Source of the DNA: Trichlorobacter lovleyi SZ
GTDB taxonomy: Bacteria > Desulfobacterota > Desulfuromonadia > Geobacterales > Pseudopelobacteraceae
Reading direction: 5' to 3'
NCBI RefSeq assembly: GCF_000020385.1
Contig: NC_010814.1
Coordinates: 3,090,001-3,122,000 of the forward strand
Length of the DNA: 32,000 nt
Of this stretch, positions 26,088-32,000 are shown piece after piece. Made by a program: the position numbers and the translations under genes. Position 1 is the stretch's first letter, and every line of letters starts with the position of its first letter. The notes beneath the pieces are model-generated. The model did not search any database and was not told where the DNA came from. It saw only the letters and a program-made list of their open reading frames with translations.

Positions 26088-27616
26088 TATTTCCCTCCGG
26101 TGTCGTGGACATCACGAATCAGGAAGGCAACCATCTCATCAGAGGGGGGACGGGTCAGCAGCGACACGACAATCATCACCAGGCTGACCACTGGCGCGCC
26201 GATAAAAGCTGAAGAGGTCAGGGGAAAGATCACCTTGACCAGCGGCAGCAGCTCTCCGAACAAGGGGGAGGCAGCGGTAATCAGAACGCCAAGCAGCATG
26301 CCGCTCAACACACCGGCAGCATTGGTGCGGCTCCACCAGATCCCCAGCAGAAAGGCCGGAAAGATGGTGTTGCCGGCCAGGGCAAAGGCTACTGCCGCAA
26401 TCTCGGCAATCAGGCCGGTCTGATTCAGGGAGAAAAGCATCACAATACCGGCCAGCAGCAAGAATATCCCTTTGGCAACCACCACCTTGTCACTATCAGT
26501 TGCACTGCGGTTGATGAGACGGGGGTAGATATCATAGGCAAAGGCGGCAGCCCCGGACTGCAGCAGACCTGCTGCGGCATAAAAGGCGGCAGCCATGCCG
26601 CCGGCCACCAAAAGTCCCAGCACCCAGCTTGGCAAACCGGCCTGGGTAACCGCGGTCAGGGTGACCAGGTCCGCTGTTGCCGGATCAGGCAGTTTGAAGG
26701 CATTACCGGCCCGGGCATCAAACAGACGGGCCAGCACCCCGTACGCAGGGGCCGACCAATAGATCAGGGAGATGAAGAACAGCCCCCAGACCACCCCCCA
26801 GCGGGCGTCGCGCATACTGGGGGCCAGATAAAAACGGGAGAGCACATGGGGCAGCCCGGCGGTGCCGAACATCAACGTGAAGCAGAGCGCCAGCCACTGG
26901 AAGAGCGAGATCGAGGCAAACGGCTCTGACCAATAGAAACCGAACTGTTCCTGCAGGGTGGTAATTGCCTCGCCATAGCCAAACTGTGGCAGCACCCAGA
27001 AGTAACCCAGCTTACGGTTGATGAACATCAACGGCAGGACAAAGGCGATGATCAGCACAAAGTACTGCAGCCGCTGGTTTCTAATCACCCCCAGGGTGCC
27101 GGAAATAACCACAAAGGTAACCAGCAGGGCGGCACCGGTCAGTACTGCCTCCCTGTACTCCAATCCAAAGAGCCAGGAAACCAGCAGGGCGATCCCCCTG
27201 AACTGAGCCACACAATAAATTATCGAAATAACAATTGAGATCAGCGCCACAACCGTACGGGCCGTGGCTGATTCATAACGGAATCCGACAAAATCCGGGG
27301 CGGTAAATTTACCGAAACGCCTGATCTGGGTCGCCATCAGCACCAACAGCAAGACATAGCCGCCGGTCCAGCCGATCACAAAAGCCATGGCATAGTAGCC
27401 CTTCAGATAGAAAAGACCGGCCAGCCCCAGGATACTGGCAGCGCTCATCCAGTTGCTGGCAATGGCGGCACCGCTGCCGACCCGGCCGCTATAGCTGCCG
27501 GAGAAACCGTAGTCGCTGGCCTGACGCATCTTGCTGCCCAGACCACTGACAATAAAGAGCAGAAACAGAGCGGCAACCATTAGAAGCGGTATAAACTGCA
27601 CACCTTTTGCCACCAT
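26087..27616 (-). CDS. Sodium:solute symporter family transporter (VC_2705-like subfamily)
   Basis: 509 aa with ~13 hydrophobic helices. It is paired with the DUF4212 small subunit, and both gene junctions overlap by 1 nt. Confidence 0.88.
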   Translation of the reverse strand: MVAKGVQFIPLLMVAALFLLFIVSGLGSKMRQASDYGFSGSYSGRVGSGAAIASNWMSAASILGLAGLFYLKGYYAMAFVIGWTGGYVLLLVLMATQIRRFGKFTAPDFVGFRYESATARTVVALISIVISIIYCVAQFRGIALLVSWLFGLEYREAVLTGAALLVTFVVISGTLGVIRNQRLQYFVLIIAFVLPLMFINRKLGYFWVLPQFGYGEAITTLQEQFGFYWSEPFASISLFQWLALCFTLMFGTAGLPHVLSRFYLAPSMRDARWGVVWGLFFISLIYWSAPAYGVLARLFDARAGNAFKLPDPATADLVTLTAVTQAGLPSWVLGLLVAGGMAAAFYAAAGLLQSGAAAFAYDIYPRLINRSATDSDKVVVAKGIFLLLAGIVMLFSLNQTGLIAEIAAVAFALAGNTIFPAFLLGIWWSRTNAAGVLSGMLLGVLITAASPLFGELLPLVKVIFPLTSSAFIGAPVVSLVMIVVSLLTRPPSDEMVAFLIRDVHDTGGK

Positions 27617-27966
27617 CAGGGCACCTCCCCCTTCTTGCGACCTGTTGCTCTGAAGCGAATCGTCCCCTCCATCCGCCGCAGCTCATGACGATCCATCCAG
27701 AGGTTAAAGACCAGTCCCAGCACAATAAACAGCAGCGGCAGGAACTGCCCTGAGATCCAGAAATGAATCGGCAGATTAAAGAAGATCAGCTCGGTCAACC
27801 AGAAGCCGTCCAGCGACTCTTCCAGGATCCAGATGGCAACCTGAGTCCCCACCACCGCAAGCAGACAGGCAACCAGCAGCATGGCAATCACCTGTACCTC
27901 ACCCTGCATGGTCCCGGGTAGCGGCTTAAAGATATTGATGCTCCGTTTCAGACCGTTATCCGACAT
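27616..27966 (-). CDS. DUF4212 solute:sodium symporter small subunit
   Basis: 116 aa with two TM helices and the typical FFNLPIHFWISGQ motif. Confidence 0.8.
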   Translation of the reverse strand: MSDNGLKRSINIFKPLPGTMQGEVQVIAMLLVACLLAVVGTQVAIWILEESLDGFWLTELIFFNLPIHFWISGQFLPLLFIVLGLVFNLWMDRHELRRMEGTIRFRATGRKKGEVP

Positions 27967-27984
27967 GGTTGCACCTCCCCTGCG

Positions 27985-28632
27985 CTACTCCGCCGTCCGG
28001 CGGCGGTACTGCACAAAATAGATCTCTTTGCCTTCAGCCATAAACTTCAGCATGTATTTGGTGCGGGGATATCCTTCCAGGTCATGGCGCCAGTGATCAG
28101 GTGCCAGCAGGTTCTCAAAACCGGGCTGCCGCCGCAGCAGATTGGCTACATCAATGCCGTAATCATCAAAATCAGTGGCAAAGTGCAGTATCGCTCCGGG
28201 CTGCAGATACGGCTCCAGAAAACTGATAAACTCCTGATTCACCAGACGCCGTTTACGCTGATAGCGCTTGGGCCATGGATCAGGGCAGTTGATGAACACT
28301 GCCTGCAGCGAGGCCGGGGCGAGGCAGCGGCGGATAAACGAGCGGGCTTCATCCCGCACGATCCTGACATTGGTCAGCTCAGCCCGCTCAGCCCGCTTGC
28401 AGCTTTTCAGGCAGCCTTTGTTGTAAAAGTCGAGGGCAATGAAGTTAAGCTCCGGATGCCGGGTTGCCATGGCAACCACAAAATCGCCGATTCCGCAGCC
28501 GATCTCCAGCACCAGCGGGTTCCGGTTGCCAAAGATCATAGCCCATGCCGGTTGTTCGTCAAGCTCGCTGCCTGACAAAAAAAGAGGGGATTCAATCGGA
28601 ATAAGTGTGTGCATAATCGCTACTTGTAGCAT
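27985..28632 (-). CDS. trmB: tRNA (guanine46-N7)-methyltransferase
   Basis: 215 aa with the SAM motif [10 protein letters not shown] and the signature [14 protein letters not shown]. The true start may be the internal ATG (MHTLIPIE) at 28614. Confidence 0.9.
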   Translation of the reverse strand: MLQVAIMHTLIPIESPLFLSGSELDEQPAWAMIFGNRNPLVLEIGCGIGDFVVAMATRHPELNFIALDFYNKGCLKSCKRAERAELTNVRIVRDEARSFIRRCLAPASLQAVFINCPDPWPKRYQRKRRLVNQEFISFLEPYLQPGAILHFATDFDDYGIDVANLLRRQPGFENLLAPDHWRHDLEGYPRTKYMLKFMAEGKEIYFVQYRRRTAE

Positions 28633-28664
28633 AGCAGTCCCGTTTTTTCACGTTTTTTGCATGT

Positions 28665-28693
28665 TTGCCATTTAGACTCAGGTATGGTATAGC
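28665..28693 (+). promoter_or_regulatory. Candidate sigma-70 promoter for the small ORF-fabI-hflX transcription unit
   Basis: TTGCCA-N17-TATAGC, read directly from the sequence, in the divergent trmB/fabI intergenic region. Confidence 0.3.
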
Positions 28694-28744
28694 CTTTGCG
28701 GTTGTTACGCGAAGCCACACAGGTAAAGGGAGCGGCCAGACCGG

Positions 28745-28999
28745 ATGGAACTTTTTGGCGGATTCATGATCATGTCGATCCTACTGGGCCTCTTCTTTGC
28801 GGCTGTCTGGCTCAGCTTACCCGTTCTGTTACTGGGGCTGCGCCGCCAAATCATGGAATCACACACAACACTGATACGACTTGAAGGACGGATTGCCCGC
28901 CTTGAGCAGCAGATACTACACCATCAGGCTTCAGCCAACCAGTCGGCAGAGAGCATTGATACGGTATCCGGAGGAATTGATGGGACTGTTGAACGGTAA
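28745..28999 (+). CDS. Small membrane protein (one TM plus a coiled-coil-like tail), hypothetical
   Basis: 84 aa: [32 protein letters not shown] then [16 protein letters not shown]. It overlaps the fabI start by 20 nt. The SD is weak or distant. Confidence 0.4.
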   Translation: MELFGGFMIMSILLGLFFAAVWLSLPVLLLGLRRQIMESHTTLIRLEGRIARLEQQILHHQASANQSAESIDTVSGGIDGTVER

Positions 29000-29747
29000 A
29001 AAAGCGCTTATTCTGGGCGTTGCAAACGAAAAGAGTATTGCCTGGGCCATGGCCAAGCTGTTTCAGGCCGAAGGTGCGGAACTGATGCTGACCTACGCCG
29101 GTGAGGCGATTGAGAAGCGGGTCCGTCCACTGGCTGAATCAATCGGCGCCATTGTTGCCCCCTGCAACGTTACCAGCGACGAAGAGATAGCCGCCCTGAT
29201 GGAGCTGGCGCAGCAGCGCTGGGGCGGGATCGATATCCTGATCCATTCGGTGGCCTTTGCCGACAAGGAAGAACTGAAAGGCACCATCCTCTCCACCACC
29301 CGCGCCGGATTTGCCACCGCCCTGGATATCAGCGCCTACTCGCTGATCGGACTTTTAAAGGCTGCCCAGCCGCTGATGACCGGACGCAATGCCTGTGCCC
29401 TGGCCATGAGCTATTACGGCGCTGAAAAGGTATTCCCCAACTACAATGTGATGGGGGTTGCCAAGGCCGCCCTGGAAGCCTCGGTGCGTTACCTTTCCGC
29501 CGGCATGGGAGAGGACAACATCCGGGTCAATGCCATCTCGGCCGGTCCGATCAAAACCCTGGCCGCAGCCGGTGTCAACGGTTTCAATCAGATCCTCAAC
29601 ACCGTCGAAGAGCGCGCTCCGCTACACCGCAACATCACCCAGGAAGAGGTGGCCAAGTCAGCCCTCTACCTCTGCAGCGATCTGGCCTCCGGAGTCACCG
29701 GCGAAATCCATTACGTTGATGCCGGCTACAACATCACCGGCATCTGA
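28980..29747 (+). CDS. fabI: Enoyl-[acyl-carrier-protein] reductase (NADH) FabI
   Basis: The start is set at the ATG preceded by GGAGGA ([26 protein letters not shown]). The Tyr-x6-Lys active site is [12 protein letters not shown]. 255 aa. Confidence 0.92.
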   Translation: MGLLNGKKALILGVANEKSIAWAMAKLFQAEGAELMLTYAGEAIEKRVRPLAESIGAIVAPCNVTSDEEIAALMELAQQRWGGIDILIHSVAFADKEELKGTILSTTRAGFATALDISAYSLIGLLKAAQPLMTGRNACALAMSYYGAEKVFPNYNVMGVAKAALEASVRYLSAGMGEDNIRVNAISAGPIKTLAAAGVNGFNQILNTVEERAPLHRNITQEEVAKSALYLCSDLASGVTGEIHYVDAGYNITGI

Positions 29748-29759
29748 CGAGGCCCTCCC

Positions 29760-31442
29760 ATTCACGAACTCCACGGCAACCTTGCAGGCCTGAAGCAGAG
29801 CCAGATTCAGGCGGCAGAACGGCTCTACCGCCGCCGCATTCCGGCTGATGAGCTCTGTTCAGCCGAACTGGCCGGCCGCCTGCTTGAACTCTCTCTTGAA
29901 CTGCGCCGCCAGATCGGCCTGCTGGTCAACCGCCAGGGCGCCATTGAACTGATCCTGATCGGCACGGAAAAAGGGCTGTTGATCCCTGACCTGAAAGAGT
30001 ATCCCCTGGGCCGTAAGCGGCTGCGGGGATTACGCCTGATCCACACCCACCTGAAGTCTGAACCGCTGACCGAAGACGACCTGACCGACCTGAAGCTGCT
30101 CAGGCTTGACCTGATCGCTGCCCTCTGCCCCCTTGACGGCCGGCGCAGTATTGTGCATCTGGCCCACCTTTCCACCGAACCGGGCGGCATCAGCGTACTT
30201 CCTCCGCAACTGCTGGAAAAGGCGGTTGATTACGGCAACGACTTTATCAGTACGCTGGAACGCAGCCTTGACAGGGCGATCCAGACCGAGGCTCCGGCAC
30301 AGGATGGCCAGGAGCGGGCGATCCTGATCTCGGTCAGGGCCGGTGGTGAACGACGTGAGGTGGATGATTCCCTGGCAGAACTGCAGGAACTGGCCCGCAC
30401 CGCCGGGGTACAGGTGTTGGACAGTTTTATTCAGCTGCCCCGCAAACTGAACCCCCGCACCCTGATGGGGGAAGGCAAACTGCAGGAAGTGGTGATCCGT
30501 GCCCTGCAGCGGGGCGCCACCCTCTTGATCTTTGATCAGGAACTGACGCCGGCCCAGGTCAGAGCCATCTCCACCATGACTGAACTGAAGGTCATCGACC
30601 GCAGCCAGCTGATTCTGGATATCTTTGCCGGACGGGCCAAGAGCAGGGACGGCAAGGTACAGGTGGAACTGGCACAACTGAAATACCTGCTGCCCCGCCT
30701 GACCGGCCGGGGGGTCCAGATGTCGCGGCTGATGGGCGGCATCGGCGGACGGGGGCCGGGCGAGACCAAGCTCGAGATCGACCGCCGCCGGATCAGGGAC
30801 CGGATCACCGCGTTGGAACGGGAGCTGCAGGAACTTTCCCGCGACCGGGAACAACGCCGCAGCAGACGGGTACGTTCCGGCGTACCGATCATCTCGATTG
30901 TGGGCTACACCAACGCCGGCAAATCCACCCTGCTGAATGCCCTGACCCAAAGCGAGATCTTTACCGAGAACCTGCTGTTCGCCACCCTGGACACCTCCAG
31001 CCGCCGCCTGCGTCTGCCCCGCGAACGGGAGGTGATCATCACCGACACGGTCGGTTTCATCCGTTCCCTGCCGGCCTCCCTGATGGGGGCCTTCAAGGCC
31101 ACCCTGGAAGAGCTGCAGGATGCCGACCTGCTGCTGCACCTGGTGGATGCCTCCAACCCCCGCTTTGAAGCCCAGATTGCCCAGGTCCGCACCATCCTGG
31201 CCGAACTGGGACTGGCGGAAAAGCCGGAGCTGGTGGTCTTCAACAAGACCGATCAACTGGAAGGACTCAAGCGCAAAGACACCATTGCCTTCCTGCGGAT
31301 CGCCCAGGCCAAACGCCGCCATAACGCCATCAGCATCAGCGCGGTTGACCGCAAGTCACTTGCCCCGCTGCTGGACGAACTGAAGCGTAGATTCTGGCCT
31401 GATGCGGATGATTCTTTTCAGACACCAACAGACATCCTCTGA
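29760..31442 (+). CDS. hflX: GTPase HflX, long form with an N-terminal extension; the start codon is uncertain (proposed ATT)
   Basis: It has G1 GYTNAGKST, G3 DTVGF and G4 NKTD, plus the HflX N-domain (IDRSQLILDIFAGRAKSRDGKVQVELAQLKYL). The frame is open from 29748. The coding-looking N-terminus (IHELHGNLAGLKQSQIQAAERLYRRRIP...) precedes the first ATG/GTG/TTG, which is the TTG at 29979. GAGG lies 7 nt before ATT 29760. Confidence 0.85.
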   Translation: MHELHGNLAGLKQSQIQAAERLYRRRIPADELCSAELAGRLLELSLELRRQIGLLVNRQGAIELILIGTEKGLLIPDLKEYPLGRKRLRGLRLIHTHLKSEPLTEDDLTDLKLLRLDLIAALCPLDGRRSIVHLAHLSTEPGGISVLPPQLLEKAVDYGNDFISTLERSLDRAIQTEAPAQDGQERAILISVRAGGERREVDDSLAELQELARTAGVQVLDSFIQLPRKLNPRTLMGEGKLQEVVIRALQRGATLLIFDQELTPAQVRAISTMTELKVIDRSQLILDIFAGRAKSRDGKVQVELAQLKYLLPRLTGRGVQMSRLMGGIGGRGPGETKLEIDRRRIRDRITALERELQELSRDREQRRSRRVRSGVPIISIVGYTNAGKSTLLNALTQSEIFTENLLFATLDTSSRRLRLPREREVIITDTVGFIRSLPASLMGAFKATLEELQDADLLLHLVDASNPRFEAQIAQVRTILAELGLAEKPELVVFNKTDQLEGLKRKDTIAFLRIAQAKRRHNAISISAVDRKSLAPLLDELKRRFWPDADDSFQTPTDIL

Positions 31443-31449
31443 AACGCCG

Positions 31450-31478
31450 ACAGGCCGCCCCGATCAGAAGCGGCCTGT
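31450..31478. terminator. Hairpin between convergent hflX and the IPT/TIG gene (possible bidirectional terminator)
   Basis: ACAGGCCGC (31450-31458) and GCGGCCTGT (31470-31478) form a 9-bp stem with an 11-nt loop. There is no strong T-tract. Confidence 0.4.
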
Positions 31479-31506
31479 ATAAGATCTCATCAACGGCTTA
31501 TTTACC

Positions 31507-32000
31507 CTACTGCACCACCAGACCGCTTGCCTGCAGGCTGCCGTTGCCGATGGTCAAAACACCTTTGACGGTAACGCTGTCCACCCTGGCAGTACCACCT
31601 GTCACGGTCAGGCTGCCGTTCAGGGTGGTGGGCAGGCTGTCCTTGGCACTGAATGCCATGTCGTAACCGCCATTCAGGATAATATCCCTGACAAGGCTGA
31701 AGGCCCCGTCAAACTGGCCGCCATAGGCCCGGATCTCATGCCCGGCTGATGCGCTGGCAATAGCTTCTGCAAGGGTGGTGTAGGGAGTGTATGGATTGGT
31801 ACTCTGGTTTTGGGCCTGATACTGCAGGGTGTAAGTGAACTGATCCGCGCTGCTGGTGGCGCTGGTGCCTCCCGGTGTGGTGACGGTGATATCCACGGTC
31901 TGACCAACCAGACCGGTTGGAGAGGTGGCGGTAAGTAGTGTGGCAGAGTTGGTCGTAAAAGCGGTTGCATTTGTAGAGGCAAACTTGACGGCGGTAACGT
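31507..32000 (-). CDS. Surface protein with an IPT/TIG domain (partial; the 5' end lies beyond the window end)
   Basis: The frame is open to position 32000 upstream of the track's GTG start. It reads ...VTAVKFASTNATAFTTNSATLLTATSPTGLVGQTVDITVTTPGGTSATSSADQFTYT, then a Gly/Thr-rich beta-type C-terminus. Confidence 0.7.
   Translation of the reverse strand, partial: VTAVKFASTNATAFTTNSATLLTATSPTGLVGQTVDITVTTPGGTSATSSADQFTYTLQYQAQNQSTNPYTPYTTLAEAIASASAGHEIRAYGGQFDGAFSLVRDIILNGGYDMAFSAKDSLPTTLNGSLTVTGGTARVDSVTVKGVLTIGNGSLQASGLVVQ

Noticed and set aside
29745-29747. TGA between fabI and hflX read as selenocysteine, or as a designed fusion
   Set aside because: Neither protein family uses Sec at its termini, and I see no obvious SECIS-like hairpin immediately downstream. 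Readthrough is kept only as a minor alternative in the hflX finding.
30030-31322. 430-aa minus-strand ORF inside hflX
   Set aside because: It is a Gly/Gln/Ala-rich product with no motifs, exactly antisense to a gene with unmistakable GTPase motifs. This is a typical high-GC antisense artefact. The same reasoning applies to 23354-24106 (+), 25710-26423 (+), 8327-8845 (+), 21986-22555 (+) and 3518-3931 (+).

Overview
This is a 32-kb window of a roughly 55-60% GC chromosome. Gene content suggests Geobacteraceae/Desulfuromonadales: several MCPs, sigma-54 regulators, a long-form HflX and a geopeptide-like radical SAM locus. That is only a guess, since no search was possible. Block 1 (1-9.7 kb) is one long minus-strand gene string. 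It holds two MCPs, CheW, two small helical proteins, an ABC1/UbiB kinase, a patatin lipase, a membrane-HD phosphohydrolase and the 5' part of a BadF/BcrA-type activase, mostly joined by overlapping stop/start codons. Block 2 (9.7-16.7 kb) is a decayed accessory mosaic. It holds MarR, an apparently intact IS3-family element (orfA/orfB with an A_AAA_AAG frameshift site), a 5'-truncated histidine-kinase relic and orphan small ORFs. It also holds a hipBA toxin-antitoxin pair with a palindrome inside its promoter, a 35-copy 9-bp minisatellite and a roughly 25% GC spacer. At its right edge, an internal tRNA-Gly(GCC) fragment is fused to the broken 3' end of a radical SAM gene. Immediately upstream of that gene is a 31-codon Cys-rich ORF with a full Shine-Dalgarno, absent from the ORF track, which is a RiPP precursor candidate. 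Block 3 (16.7-32 kb) looks like core genome. It holds a TonB-dependent receptor / periplasmic binding protein / sensor kinase operon with a convergent sigma-54 response regulator. It also holds a DUF4212 + sodium:solute symporter operon with DUF294-like, TIM-barrel and crotonase genes, then trmB, fabI, hflX (no canonical start codon) and a partial IPT/TIG surface protein. The most interesting signals are the hidden precursor-peptide/rSAM locus and its disruption at a tRNA-like junction, the minisatellite, and the hflX start-codon problem. No recognisable complete defence system, CRISPR array or rRNA/tRNA gene was seen.
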